NCBI GenBank assembly: GCA_016711215.1
Contig: JADJTL010000001.1
Location: forward strand, 1,910-65,909
Reading direction: 5' to 3'
From: Pseudomonadota bacterium
GTDB lineage: Bacteria; Myxococcota_A; Polyangia; GCA-2747355
DNA length: 64,000 bases
Shown here piece after piece: positions 43,484-54,859 of the stretch. Each line of letters opens with the position of its first letter. Position 1 is the stretch's first letter. A program made the translations under genes and the position numbers. The notes under the pieces were generated by a model. The model was not told where the DNA came from. It saw only the letters and a list, made by a program, of their open reading frames with translations, and ran no database searches.

Positions 43484-43562
43484 CGCGAGCGCTGCGCGAG
43501 CCTTGTGCGTTCCGTGATCCCGGAGGTCGGGGTATAATTCCCCGCAAGCGAGGCGCGCGACC

Positions 43563-45848
43563 GTGCCCAACGAGCCCGTCGACAAACATCGTTGCCTCCA
43601 CGATCCAGCCTACCTGGCCGATACCCTGCGCCAGGCCTTGGCGTCGGTGGAGCTGGACTCGTTGCTCTGGCGGCTCGCCGAGCTCCTGCATCAGCGGATG
43701 GGCTTCCACTGCGTGTCCTTCGGCGTCGTCGAGGGATCGGGGGTCACCTTTCGCACCCCCCACGGCGCGCGCTCCGATTGCCCCTTGCAGCCGCTCGGCG
43801 CCTGGCAGCGCCCGCAGCAAGCCGGGGCCCTGGCGAGGGTCCTCGAGCGGCGCGAGACCGAGCACTGCGCTGGCAGCCCTCCAGGCGCGGAGGTGGCCGC
43901 GGCCACCGAGGGCGGTGTCGGGCGCGGCTGCACGCTCGTGCCCCTCGTGCACCAGCAGAGCGTCGCCGCCGTGCTGGTCGTGGCCGAGCCGGGGGGGGGG
44001 CCGCTGGCGGCGGACGAGGTGCGCCTGCTGGAGCGGGTGGCGGCTCTGGCGGCCCCGAGCGTGCTGGCCGCGGCGCGTTTGGATCAGGAGCAACGCCGCG
44101 CCGGCTACCTGCAGATCGAGAGCGAGGTCGGTCGCATGGCGATGGCCTCGCCGGATCGAGGGCAGCTCCTCGGCATGGTTTGCCGCGGGTTGGTGGATCG
44201 GCTGCGGCTGAGCTTCGCCGCGCTGGTGATTTGTGACGAGAGCGGCGGGTTCCCGGTGCTGGCGCGCTACGCCAGCGCTGCGCCCTTCAGCGAGGGCGTG
44301 GACGCCGAGCGCTGGCCCGCGCGGGTGCTGGCCGGGGCGGGGGCGGCCGCCCTGGCCGAGCACGCGCCCTGGTGCTGCGACGACCTGAGCGGGTCGCCTG
44401 GCGTGCAGCCGATCGTCGTCGGCACCCGCTCCGTCCTGGCGCTGCCGATCGGGCTGCTCGGCGACGTCGTGGGCGTCTTGGCGGTCGAGCATCCGACGGC
44501 GGGGTACTTCACCAGCCTCGAGCGGGCGCGGATGGGCGACCTGGCGCTGATGCTGGCGGAGGCGCTGGACCACGCGGAGATCTTCGACCAACAGCAGCGC
44601 CGCTGGCAGCATTTGCTCTTGGCCAACGAGATGGCGCGGGTCGCGAGCGAACGCCTCAACGTCGAGGAGATCGCCTGCCGCGTGGTGAGCGAGCTGGCGC
44701 ATCGCTTTCGCTATCCGACGGTGGCGCTGTGGTTGGCGGAGCCGCCCCACGTGGTCTTGCGGGCCGTCCGGAGCCAGCTCGCGCTCGATACGGGCGTCGG
44801 CGACCGCGAGCGCCTGGGAGAGGGCTGCGCCGGCTGGGCGACGCAATACGGTCGCGTGGTTCGCGTCGACGAGGCCGAGCAGCTCGGCGATCGTCGAGCG
44901 CTCGGCGCCGGGCGCGAGAGCTTGCTCTGCGTGCCCATCGGCAGCCCGGATTGGCCGATCGGCGCGTTGCAGCTCGAGAGCCCGGAGCCGGGCGTCTTCG
45001 GCGAGGATGATGAGCTGCTGCTCGAGGCCCTGGCCCACGCGCTGGCGGGGGTCTTGGCGGGCGCGCAGGCGCTGGCTCGGACCCAGCGGCTGCGTGAGGA
45101 CCTGACGCGGATGATCGTCCACGATCTGCGCAATCCGCTCCAGGCGGTGCAGCTGGGCCTGGGCTCGCTGCTCGCCAGCGAGCGGCCGGCGGTCGAGGCG
45201 CGCGAGCGGCTGCGGGAGAGCGGCCGCTGCATCGACGAGATGCTGGCGTTGGTCAGCAGCCTGCTCGACGTGGCTCGCTTCGAGGATGGCAAGATGCGCT
45301 TGCGTCTGGCGCCGGCCGCGCTGAATGACCACATTCGCGCGGTTGTCCGCCGCTACGCGCCGCTGGCCCGCGCGAAGGCCGTGCAGATGACGACCGTGCT
45401 CTCGCCGCAGCTCCCCGCGATGCAGCTCGACGGCGAGCTGATCGAGCGCATGCTCGCCAACGTCGTCGGCAACGCGCTCAAGTTCACGCCCGAGGGGGCG
45501 CCGGTGACGATCCAGAGCGCGCTGCTGGAGACGCCGCGGCCAGAGTGGTCGTTGCCGGCGGGGACGGTGCTGGTCAGCGTGCGCGACAGCGGCGAAGGCA
45601 TACCGACCGAGTACCACGAGAAGATCTTCGAGAAGTTCGGTCAGGTCGAGGCGCGCAGGGCAGGGCTGACGACCTCGACCGGCCTCGGTCTCGCGCTCTG
45701 CCGCTATGTGGCCGAGGCCCACGGCGGGCGCATCTGGGTCGAGAGCGCGCCCGACGACGGTTCGACCTTCCTGATCGCCTTGCCGCTCGCCGCCGCGGGC
45801 GGCAAGCTGGCGGGGGCCGGCGCCCGGTCGCTCGCCTCGGGGGAATAG
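43563..45848 (+). CDS. cytoplasmic sensor histidine kinase with tandem GAF domains
   Basis: No TM segments. 3-4 GAF-like modules, then HisKA (IVHDLRNPL) and HATPase_c (GLGLALCRYVAEAHGGRIWVESAPDDGSTF). Confidence 0.8.
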   Translation: MPNEPVDKHRCLHDPAYLADTLRQALASVELDSLLWRLAELLHQRMGFHCVSFGVVEGSGVTFRTPHGARSDCPLQPLGAWQRPQQAGALARVLERRETEHCAGSPPGAEVAAATEGGVGRGCTLVPLVHQQSVAAVLVVAEPGGGPLAADEVRLLERVAALAAPSVLAAARLDQEQRRAGYLQIESEVGRMAMASPDRGQLLGMVCRGLVDRLRLSFAALVICDESGGFPVLARYASAAPFSEGVDAERWPARVLAGAGAAALAEHAPWCCDDLSGSPGVQPIVVGTRSVLALPIGLLGDVVGVLAVEHPTAGYFTSLERARMGDLALMLAEALDHAEIFDQQQRRWQHLLLANEMARVASERLNVEEIACRVVSELAHRFRYPTVALWLAEPPHVVLRAVRSQLALDTGVGDRERLGEGCAGWATQYGRVVRVDEAEQLGDRRALGAGRESLLCVPIGSPDWPIGALQLESPEPGVFGEDDELLLEALAHALAGVLAGAQALARTQRLREDLTRMIVHDLRNPLQAVQLGLGSLLASERPAVEARERLRESGRCIDEMLALVSSLLDVARFEDGKMRLRLAPAALNDHIRAVVRRYAPLARAKAVQMTTVLSPQLPAMQLDGELIERMLANVVGNALKFTPEGAPVTIQSALLETPRPEWSLPAGTVLVSVRDSGEGIPTEYHEKIFEKFGQVEARRAGLTTSTGLGLALCRYVAEAHGGRIWVESAPDDGSTFLIALPLAAAGGKLAGAGARSLASGE

Positions 45849-45930
45849 CCCCCGGCCGCTTCGGGTTTTGGCCCGTCACGGCGCGCCGCTGACGCCAGCC
45901 GCCGACCTCAGTCGCGCAAGGCCGCCGCGG

Positions 45931-46000
45931 CAGGGCTGATTGCGCAGGGCTGATTGCGCAGGGCTGATTGCGCAGGGCTGATTGCGCAGGGCTGATTGCG
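45931..46000. repeat. 14-bp tandem repeat (CAGGGCTGATTGCG) x5 plus a partial copy at 46052-46064 just upstream of the moxR ATG
   Basis: Direct reading. Perfect copies. Shares the CAGGGCTGA core with the glnB-upstream repeat. Confidence 0.9.
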
Positions 46001-46075
46001 GCGCGCCGCGGCGCCGTGCTAGCTAGGCGCGCGTCTGGGTCTCAAGCGGGCGGGCTGATTGCGAGGGAAGAGGGC

Positions 46076-47061
<986 letters not shown>

Positions 47062-47065
<4 letters not shown>

Positions 47066-48027
47066 TCGACCGCGAGCTGCTGCGCAGGATTCGCAAGATC
47101 GAGATCTACACCGGTCGGCTGGTCAACGATCAGCTCGCGGGGCAGTACCACAGCGTCTTCAAGGGCCGCGGGATGGCCTTCTCGGAGGTGCGTCAGTACC
47201 AGCCTGGCGACGATATCCGCCTGATCGACTGGAACGTCAGCGCGCGGATGAACGACGTCTACGTCAAGCTCTTCAGCGAGGAGCGCGAGCTGACGGTGAT
47301 GCTCCTCGTCGACATGAGCGCCTCGAGCGCCCTCGGCAGCCAGCCGAGCAGCAAGCGCGCCCTGACGGCGGAGGTGGCCGCGACCTTCGCGTTCTCGGCG
47401 ATCAAGAACAACGATCGGGTCGGCTTGATCATCTTCAGCGATGGCGTCGAGCGCTTCGTCCCGCCGAAGAAGGGTCGCAAGCACGTCCTGCGCGTGATCA
47501 GCGAGATCCTCAGCTACCGACCGCGGCGGATGGGCACTGATCTGGCCGCGGCGCTCGGTTACCTCGGTCGCGTGGTGCCGCGGCGTTGTGTGGCCTTTCT
47601 GCTCAGTGACTTCGTCGGCGACGCCGAGCTCCCCTTGCCCGCGCGTGATCTTGCCGCGGCGCCGGATCGGCACGCCGCGAGCGTGGCGGGCGGCGCGGCG
47701 GTGTCCCGGATGGAGCGAGCGTGGCGGGTGATCGCACGGCGCCACGACCTGATCCCGGTGGCGATCAACGATCCGCTCGACCAGTCGCTGGCCGGGCTCG
47801 GCATCGTGCGCTTGCTCGACGTCGAGACCGGTGAGCTGCTGACCTTTGACAGCGCCGGGCCGGAGGCGGCGGCGTTTGCTCGCCACATGCGCCGCGCGCG
47901 GCAGGAGCGGCAGGCCTTCTGGCGCCGCCTCGAGCTCGATGGCATGGAGCTCTCGACGGCAGAACCCTATCTCAGCACGCTGGTGGCGTTCTTTCGCCGG
48001 CGGCAGCTGCGGCTCCGGCACGGATGA
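47062..48027 (+). CDS. DUF58 domain protein (vWA-like partner of MoxR)
   Basis: GQYHSVFKGRGMAFSEVRQYQPGDDIRLIDWN signature. GTG overlaps the moxR stop. Confidence 0.8.
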
Positions 48028-49064
48028 GCCGGCGAGGGCCTCAGCCGCGGTGGTGGCCGCGCTTCTGCCTCGTGGTGCTGCTGGCTGGCGCTGGCGCCGC
48101 GCCGGTGCGTGCGGCCGCGCCCGATGCGGGAACGACGACGGCGGCGCCGAGCTGGGCGCCGAGTCTGACGATGACCATGCGGCCCTCGCATGCCCATGTC
48201 GGTGACCCGCTGACGGTGACGCTGGTAGCGCGCTGCCCGCAGGGCGTCGCCGTCAACCTGCCGCTGCAGCTCACCTTGGGCGATTTCGTCGAGCTCGGGC
48301 GCAGTGAGTCGAGCAGCGAGCCGACGCCGGGCGCCGCCGCCGCGCCGCGCGTGCAGACCTTCAGCCTGCGCCTCGCTGCCTACAAGCTCGGCACCCTGAC
48401 CTTGCCGGCGTTGCCGGTGACGGCGATCGGCAAGGGCGGCGAGTTGCTGACGCTGCGGACCGAGCCGAGGTCGGTGCGCATCAGCAGCGTGATGGCCAAC
48501 GAGCCGAACCCGCGGCTCAAGGCCCTCGAGCCGCCGGTCGTCGTCTATCGTCGCACCTGGTGGTTGCTCTACCTCGTCGGCGGTGTGTTGGCCGCCGCGG
48601 CGAGCGCCGCCCTCAGCGTGCTGGCTTATCGGCGACTCCAGGCGCGACGCCAGCAGCGACCGCCGCCGCAGCCCTTGCCCGCGCATCAGCAGGCGCTCGA
48701 GCGCCTCGCCGCGCTGCCGATCGACCCGTGGCTCGCCGAGCAACGGCAGAAGACGCTCTACGCTGCGCTGTCGGAGATCCTGCGCGCCTATCTCGGGGCT
48801 CGCTGGGGCTTCGAGGCCCTCGAGATGACCACGAGCGAGGTCCAGACGGCGCTGATCCTGCGCCTCGTGCCTGCGGAGCAGCGCGCGCGCGTGCAGGGGC
48901 TTTGTCAGGTCTGTGACCTGGTGAAGTTCGCCAAGCTCCAGCCGGAGGATCAGGCCGCGCGTCAGGCGGTGGCCGAGGTCGAGGCGATCGTGCGCGTGAT
49001 GGCGGCGAGCGCGGAGGCCGGCCTGCGGCCAGCGACCGCGCCGATCGCGGCGGTGGCGCCGTGA
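48024..49064 (+). CDS. hypothetical membrane-anchored protein (DUF4381-like, Bat-operon associated)
   Basis: Signal peptide plus a central TM helix (WWLLYLVGGVLAAAASAALSVLAY). Synteny between DUF58 and BatA. Start overlaps the previous stop (ATGA). Confidence 0.55.
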   Translation: MSRRGPQPRWWPRFCLVVLLAGAGAAPVRAAAPDAGTTTAAPSWAPSLTMTMRPSHAHVGDPLTVTLVARCPQGVAVNLPLQLTLGDFVELGRSESSSEPTPGAAAAPRVQTFSLRLAAYKLGTLTLPALPVTAIGKGGELLTLRTEPRSVRISSVMANEPNPRLKALEPPVVVYRRTWWLLYLVGGVLAAAASAALSVLAYRRLQARRQQRPPPQPLPAHQQALERLAALPIDPWLAEQRQKTLYAALSEILRAYLGARWGFEALEMTTSEVQTALILRLVPAEQRARVQGLCQVCDLVKFAKLQPEDQAARQAVAEVEAIVRVMAASAEAGLRPATAPIAAVAP

Positions 49065-50200
49065 GCCGCTCGACGAAGGGGCAGGACCTGCCCGAGGCGG
49101 CGCCGGCCGTGACCGCGCGGCGTGCGCCAGGCCCCTGGGGGTTGCTGCTGACCGTGCTTGCTGCGGTCGTGGCGCTGCTGGGTTGGGCGCTTTCGTCGGC
49201 CGGACAATTCTCCTTCGGTCGGCCCTGGGCGCTCTTGCTGCTGCTCGTGGCGCTGCCGCTGGCCTACTGGCTGCTCTTCGTGCTCCTGCCGCGGCGTGGC
49301 GCGCATCTGCGCGTCTCGAGCACGAGGGTGCTCGGGCGACTGCGGCCGGGTCCGATGGCGCGGCTCTTGCCTCTGCCTGGGGTGCTGCGGCTGGTGCTCT
49401 TGGCCTTGCTCATCGTGGCGTTGGCGCGCCCGCAGACGCGCGAGCGTGGCGGCGCGATCGAGGTCGAGGGGATCGACATCGTCGTCGCCCTCGACCTCTC
49501 GAACAGCATGGAGGCCGACGACCTGGTCCCCAATCGGCTGGAGGCCGCCAAGCGCGTGTTGGACGGCTTCATCAGGCGGCGCCGCAGCGACCGGCTCGGC
49601 CTGGTCGTCTTCGGTCGCGAGGCCTACACCTATTGCCCACTGACCCTCGACTACTCGGTCTTGATCAACCTGCTCGGCGGCGTGCAGCTCGGGCTGATCG
49701 ACGGCGCGGCGACGGCGATCGGCAATGGTCTCGGGCTCGCGCTGGCGCGGCTGCGGCCGAGCGATGCGAAGAGCCGTGTCGTGATCCTGCTGACCGACGG
49801 CGACAACAACGCCGGCAATCTCGCACCGCGCGAGGCAGCGCGCTATGCGCGCGACATGAAGGTCAAGGTCTTCACGATCCTGATGGGGCAGCACGCGCCG
49901 CCGCGCGGCGCGGGGGCTGATCCGCTGGCCGGATTAGGGCGGTCGTCGCAGCGGCTTCCGGCGAATCCAGCGCTGCTGGAGTCGATCGCGCGCGAGACGG
50001 GAGGCCGCGCCTTCCTGGCGACAGATCGTGGCGCCCTCGAGCAGACCTTCGAGACGATTCTCAGCGAGCTCGATCGCACGACGCGGCGCGATGTGGCAGC
50101 GTTGCACCGCGATGCGCAGCAGCCCTTCCTCGCGCTGGCGCTGCTCTTACTCTTGCTGGAGGCCGCCTTGCGCCTGACGCGCCTGCGCGAGCTGACCTGA
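49061..50200 (+). CDS. VWA domain membrane protein BatA-like
   Basis: Two N-terminal TM helices, then a vWA MIDAS motif (DIVVALDLSNSM...LTDGDNN). Confidence 0.8.
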   Translation: MSRSTKGQDLPEAAPAVTARRAPGPWGLLLTVLAAVVALLGWALSSAGQFSFGRPWALLLLLVALPLAYWLLFVLLPRRGAHLRVSSTRVLGRLRPGPMARLLPLPGVLRLVLLALLIVALARPQTRERGGAIEVEGIDIVVALDLSNSMEADDLVPNRLEAAKRVLDGFIRRRRSDRLGLVVFGREAYTYCPLTLDYSVLINLLGGVQLGLIDGAATAIGNGLGLALARLRPSDAKSRVVILLTDGDNNAGNLAPREAARYARDMKVKVFTILMGQHAPPRGAGADPLAGLGRSSQRLPANPALLESIARETGGRAFLATDRGALEQTFETILSELDRTTRRDVAALHRDAQQPFLALALLLLLLEAALRLTRLRELT

Positions 50201-50205
50201 GGACG

Positions 50206-51237
50206 ATGATGCGTTTCGCTGAGCCCTCGCTGCTCTGGTTGCTCTTGGCGGTACCGGCGCTGATCGTCGGCTTGGCCTTGCGTTTTGGCTGGCGGCGTCA
50301 GGTCCTCGCGCGCCTCGGGGACGCCGGGCCGCTCGCGCGCCGGCTGAGCCCGCTGAGCCATGGGCGCCGGCTGGCGAAGAGCGCGGCGCTGGTGCTGGGG
50401 CTGGCCTTGCTCGTGCTGGCCTTGGCGCGGCCGCAGGCGGGTGAGCGCACGACCCTCGCCCCGCAGCTCGGGCTCGATCTCGTCGTCGCGCTCGATCTCT
50501 CCAAGAGCATGCTGGCGCGTGACGCCTTTCCCAGCCGCATCGAGCGGGCAAAGGCCGAGCTCGGTCGGCTGATCGATCGGCTGCGGGGCGATCGCCTCGG
50601 GCTCGTCCTCTTCGCGGGCTCGACGCTGACCTATCCCCTGACCACGGACTACGCGGCCGCCAAGCTCTTCCTCCGCGACGTGGGGCCGGCTGACATGCCG
50701 CGCGGCGGCACGGCGATCGGTCAGGCCGTGGTGGCGGCGACGCGGCTACTCGGCGCCGTGCGCGGTCACGGCCCGCCGCGGGCGCAGGTCATCGTGGTGC
50801 TGACCGACGGCGAGGACCACGAGAGCGAGCCCCTGGCCGCGGCGCGCGAGGCCGCCCAGCGCGGGATCCGAATCTTCACCGTCGGCATCGGATCGCGCTC
50901 CGGGGAGCCGGTGCCTCAGCTCGACGCGCGCGGGCAGATCGTCGGCTATCTGGAGCATGAGGGTCGCCCCGTCGCGAGCCGACTCGACAGCACGACGCTG
51001 AAGGAGATGGCGTCGCTGACCCGCGGGCGTTACCTCGAGATGGAGCCGCAGCACTTCGCCGTCGAACCGGTGATCGCGGCCCTCGAGCGGCTCAATCGCT
51101 CCGCCGTCGACGCGCGGCTGGTGCGGCATTACGACGAGGTCTACGCCTTCTTCGTCTGGCCGGCCTTCTTGCTGCTCTTGGGGGAGCTCTGCCTCAGCGA
51201 GCGGCGGCGCTCGCGTCGCGAGGAGCAAGACGCATGA
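50206..51237 (+). CDS. VWA domain membrane protein BatB-like
   Basis: TM helices plus vWA MIDAS (DLVVALDLSKSM...LTDGEDHE). Confidence 0.8.
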   Translation: MMRFAEPSLLWLLLAVPALIVGLALRFGWRRQVLARLGDAGPLARRLSPLSHGRRLAKSAALVLGLALLVLALARPQAGERTTLAPQLGLDLVVALDLSKSMLARDAFPSRIERAKAELGRLIDRLRGDRLGLVLFAGSTLTYPLTTDYAAAKLFLRDVGPADMPRGGTAIGQAVVAATRLLGAVRGHGPPRAQVIVVLTDGEDHESEPLAAAREAAQRGIRIFTVGIGSRSGEPVPQLDARGQIVGYLEHEGRPVASRLDSTTLKEMASLTRGRYLEMEPQHFAVEPVIAALERLNRSAVDARLVRHYDEVYAFFVWPAFLLLLGELCLSERRRSRREEQDA

Positions 51238-52088
51238 TCCGATCCTCGCCTCACTTCGGCCGCGGGGGGCAGGCCCTGCTGCTGCTGCTCGTTCCCCTCT
51301 TCGGCGGCGCCTTCGATCTGCTGCGTACGCGGAACGCTGCGGTGGAGCGTGGCAACGCCGAGCTCGCCGCCGGTCGAGCCAAGGAGGCGCTGGCGGCCTA
51401 CGACGAGGCGCTGGCGGCGCAGCCCGACGCCCAGGGAGTCCACTACAACCGCGGGGTCGCGCTGCACCGGCTCGGTCAACACGACGCGGCGCGGCAGGCG
51501 CTGCTGCGTGCGACCCAGGGTGAAGACCGCGCGCTGCGCGCCAAGAGCTTCTTCAACCTCGGGGACGTGGACTTCGAGCAGAAGCGCTTCGCGGAGTCCG
51601 CGACGGCCTTCCAGCAGGCGCTGCGTCTCGACCCGCGCCATCGCGCGGCGAAGTGGAACCTCGAGCTGGCGTTGCGGCGTCGCGAGCAGGAAGAAAAGAA
51701 GCAGCGTCAGGACAAGAAAGGCGAGCAGCAGAAGCCCGAGCAGAAAAAGGGCGAGCAGCAGAAGAACGAACAGAAAAAAAGCGAGCAGCAGAAGCCCGAG
51801 CAGAAGCCCGACGCGAAGAAGCAGCCGCAAGCGACGCCCAAGGGGGAAAAGGGCGCCCGGCCAGATCCGCAGCAGCCACCACGCGAGCCCGCGGCGACGC
51901 CCTCGCCGGCACCGCGCGAGCAGCCGGCGCAAGCGGCAGAGCGCGCTGCCAAGACGGCCGCGGAAGAACAGGCCGAGCGCGAGCGCCAGCAGGTGCTGGA
52001 TGCCCTTGATCGTGGCGACAAGAACGTGCAGCGTGAGCGCGCGCGGCTGCAGCAGGGGCTCTATCGGCCGCCGCTGAAGGATTGGTAG
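51234..52088 (+). CDS. TPR-repeat protein BatC-like with K/E/Q-rich low-complexity linker
   Basis: TPR motifs followed by the (KGEQQKPEQK)n region encoded by DNA tandem repeats at ~51716-51810. Confidence 0.7.
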   Translation: MIRSSPHFGRGGQALLLLLVPLFGGAFDLLRTRNAAVERGNAELAAGRAKEALAAYDEALAAQPDAQGVHYNRGVALHRLGQHDAARQALLRATQGEDRALRAKSFFNLGDVDFEQKRFAESATAFQQALRLDPRHRAAKWNLELALRRREQEEKKQRQDKKGEQQKPEQKKGEQQKNEQKKSEQQKPEQKPDAKKQPQATPKGEKGARPDPQQPPREPAATPSPAPREQPAQAAERAAKTAAEEQAERERQQVLDALDRGDKNVQRERARLQQGLYRPPLKDW

Positions 52089-52089
52089 C

Positions 52090-53964
52090 GTGAGCTCCGG
52101 CGCATGGGCTTTTCGGTCAGCGCGGCGAGCGCGTGCGCGTGGCTCGCGCGTCGTGGGGGCGGCGGCCGCGTTGGCGTTGCTCTGCCTGGCTGCCGCGGGC
52201 GCGCTGGCCCAGGGCGTCAGCCTCCGCTTGACGGCCGACCGGCACATCACCGCCGTGGGGGAGCCTGTCGTCGTCACGGTGGAGCTTGCCGTCGAGGGGC
52301 GCGCGGACGTCGAGTTCCTCGAGCCCACGCTCCGCGGTTGGCGCCTGCTGAGCAACAGCCTCGTCAGCCGCAACATCGAGCTGATCAACTGGCAGATGCG
52401 GCGGCGTGAGACGCGCGTCTACGAGGTGGCGGCGCTGCAAGCGGGGACCCTGGCCTTGGGGCCGGCGGGCGTGCGCCTGGCGCAGCGCGTCGTGCGTTCG
52501 AATACGGTGCAGGTGGAGGTGCGCCCGGCAGGGGCGAACACGCCGGCGGGCGCGCCGGCCGCGCTGCCGACACCGAGCGCCAGCGCCCGCGGGGGCGCGC
52601 AATCGGGCGGCTTCATCGTCGCTCAGCCCTCCCTGACGCGGGTCTACGTCGGCCAGCAGCTCGTGGTCACCTGGCGGCTCTACACGCAGTCGGAGCTGCT
52701 CTCCTTTGGCATCGAGACCCGGCCGACGACCGATGGCTTCTGGAGCGAGGACGCAGGCTCGCCGCGGCGGCTCGACCTGGAGCGGGTCGTGCTCGATGGC
52801 CAGGTCTACGGCACCGCCTTGCTGCAGCGCTCGGTGCTCTTTCCGCAGCGCGCGGGGTCGTTGCCGATCGGGCCCTTCGAGGCCCAGCTGCAGACGGCCG
52901 ACACGCTGGGGGAGGGCCCGCTGCTGCGCCGGGCCGACGGCCTGACGATCGAGGTCTTGGCGCTGCCCGCCGCGGGCCGGCCGGCGGGCTTCGCGGACGC
53001 CAACGTCGGCCACTTCGCGCTGGCGGCCCTGGTCGACCGGGAGGCAGTGGAGGTCGGCCAGGCGGTGACCTTGCGCTTGATCGCCCGCGGCAGCGGGAAC
53101 CTGCGGCAGCTCGTCTTGCCCGTGCTCCCTGCGCTAGCCGGTGTGCGGGCCTTCGAGCCGAAGCTCACCGACCGGCTGGAGGCGGGCGAAGCGGGGTTGC
53201 AGGGTGAGAAGGAGGTCGCCTACCTCCTGCTGCCCCAGCAACCCGGCGAGCTGCGGATCCCGGCCCTTGCCCTGGCCTACTTCGATCCTGAGGCGCGCGC
53301 CTATCGCGTGGCGCAGACCAAGCCGCTGCGCCTGCGCGTCACCGGACAGGCCGCTGCTGCCTCGCGCGGCGCCCCTTCGGCTCAGCCGGCGAGCAACGTG
53401 CTCGGTCCGGATATCCGACCGCCGCGCCCGGCCGAGGCGCTGCAGGATCGCTTGCCACGCGCGCCGATCAACGCCCTCTATCTCGGCCTGGCCGCCCTGC
53501 CCCTCTTGTTGCTGGCCTTGGGATGGGGGGCGGAGCGGGTGCAAGCCGCGCGCAGCGCCCCGACGACGCGCGCGCGCCAGCGGGCGATGCAGCGGCGTGT
53601 GCGGACAGGGTTGCGCCAGGCTCGCGCGGCCGCAGCGCAGGGGCGGCCAGCGGCGGAGGCCTCTGCCTTGCTGGTCGCGGCGCTGCATGAGCAGCTCGAT
53701 CATCGGCTCGGGCTGCGGGCCGGCGGGCTGACGCGCGAGGCGCTCGCTCAGGCGCTGCGCGGCCAGGGGGTCGGCGACGAGCTCGCCGCCGCCGTCGGCG
53801 CGTTGCTCGATCAATGCGATCAGGCGCGCTTCGCCCCCGGCGCTGCGCCGCAGGCGCTCGGCGTCGCCACCGTCGACGCGGCGGAGGCGGTCATTCGGGC
53901 CCTTGCAGCGGGCACCGCGGCGGCAGGCGCAAGCCGCGATCCCCGCGATGAGGAGCGCTCATGA
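52090..53964 (+). CDS. BatD-like (oxygen-tolerance) protein
   Basis: GTG start, signal peptide, ~620 aa, C-terminal TM. Position in the operon supports the call. Confidence 0.65.
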   Translation: MSSGAWAFRSARRARARGSRVVGAAAALALLCLAAAGALAQGVSLRLTADRHITAVGEPVVVTVELAVEGRADVEFLEPTLRGWRLLSNSLVSRNIELINWQMRRRETRVYEVAALQAGTLALGPAGVRLAQRVVRSNTVQVEVRPAGANTPAGAPAALPTPSASARGGAQSGGFIVAQPSLTRVYVGQQLVVTWRLYTQSELLSFGIETRPTTDGFWSEDAGSPRRLDLERVVLDGQVYGTALLQRSVLFPQRAGSLPIGPFEAQLQTADTLGEGPLLRRADGLTIEVLALPAAGRPAGFADANVGHFALAALVDREAVEVGQAVTLRLIARGSGNLRQLVLPVLPALAGVRAFEPKLTDRLEAGEAGLQGEKEVAYLLLPQQPGELRIPALALAYFDPEARAYRVAQTKPLRLRVTGQAAAASRGAPSAQPASNVLGPDIRPPRPAEALQDRLPRAPINALYLGLAALPLLLLALGWGAERVQAARSAPTTRARQRAMQRRVRTGLRQARAAAAQGRPAAEASALLVAALHEQLDHRLGLRAGGLTREALAQALRGQGVGDELAAAVGALLDQCDQARFAPGAAPQALGVATVDAAEAVIRALAAGTAAAGASRDPRDEERS

Positions 53965-54746
53965 GCTTGCCTTCGACGGCGCGGCGCCTGGCCTGGCTAC
54001 TGCTTGGCGCCCTCTTGCTGGTGGCGCCAAGCGGCCTGCGGGCGGAGACGGTGGACGCAGCGTATCGTCGGGCGCTGGCCGACTACTACGGTGGCCGCTA
54101 TGCGGCCGCGGCGCAGGCGCTCGAGCGGCTGGCCGCGCTGCCGCTGCGGCACGAGGCGCTCTTCTACAACCTCGGCTGCGCTTACTATCGCCTCGGACGC
54201 CTCGGTCCCGCGGTCTACGCCTTCGAGCGGGCCCTGGCGCTGGAGAGCGGCTCTGATGATGCGCGGCATAACCTGCGGCTCGCGCGCCAGCGTGCGGCCC
54301 AGGGCGGACGCGACGTGCTGCGTGGCGTCAGCGATCAGCCGGCGTGGCAGCGCGCCGCCAGCGTCTTCGAGCTGCGGACCGCGTGGTGGCTGACGCTCAT
54401 CCTGTGGTGGGCCGTGCTGGCCGGCTTCGTGCTCGTGCGTCGGACCGCGCCTGGGCCCGCCCGCGCCGGATTGGTCGCGGGCAATGCGCTGCTCGGCTTG
54501 CTGCTGTTGGCCAGCGTCGGGCTGCTGGGGGCGCGGATCCACCTCGAACGCAGTGTGCGCTACGGTATCGTGCTTCCCGACAAGCTGGCGGTGCGCGAAG
54601 GCCCAGAGGCGGCAGCCCGCAGCGCCTACAGCCTACACGCGGGGCTGCGCGTGCGCCTCGTCGGCGAGGTCAGCGGCTGGCGCCGCCTGCGCCTCGGCAA
54701 CGGCCTCGAAGGCTGGGTGCGCAGCGACGCCATCGGCCCGATCTGA
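53961..54746 (+). CDS. BatE-like TPR/SH3 membrane protein
   Basis: Signal, TPR motifs (ALFYNLGCAYYRLGRLGPA), TM helices, and a C-terminal SH3-like segment (GWVRSDAIGPI). Confidence 0.65.
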   Translation: MSLPSTARRLAWLLLGALLLVAPSGLRAETVDAAYRRALADYYGGRYAAAAQALERLAALPLRHEALFYNLGCAYYRLGRLGPAVYAFERALALESGSDDARHNLRLARQRAAQGGRDVLRGVSDQPAWQRAASVFELRTAWWLTLILWWAVLAGFVLVRRTAPGPARAGLVAGNALLGLLLLASVGLLGARIHLERSVRYGIVLPDKLAVREGPEAAARSAYSLHAGLRVRLVGEVSGWRRLRLGNGLEGWVRSDAIGPI

Positions 54747-54756
54747 GAGGCTCGAT

Positions 54757-54840
54757 AGGCCGCCCTCGACAGGCCGCCCTCGACAGGCCGCCCTCGACAG
54801 GCCGCCCTCGACAGGCCGCCCTCGACAGGCCGCCCTTCCC
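54757..54840. repeat. 14-bp tandem repeat (AGGCCGCCCTCGAC) x5 plus a partial copy
   Basis: Direct reading. Lies immediately downstream of the BatE stop. Confidence 0.9.
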
Positions 54841-54859
54841 TCTTGGGGCGGGGCGCCGC

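Noticed and set aside
41684-43585. 633-aa minus-strand ORF treated as one gene
   Set aside because: Only the C-terminal ~325 aa (41684-42661) is the quinone oxidoreductase. The remainder is antisense to the LarB-like gene.
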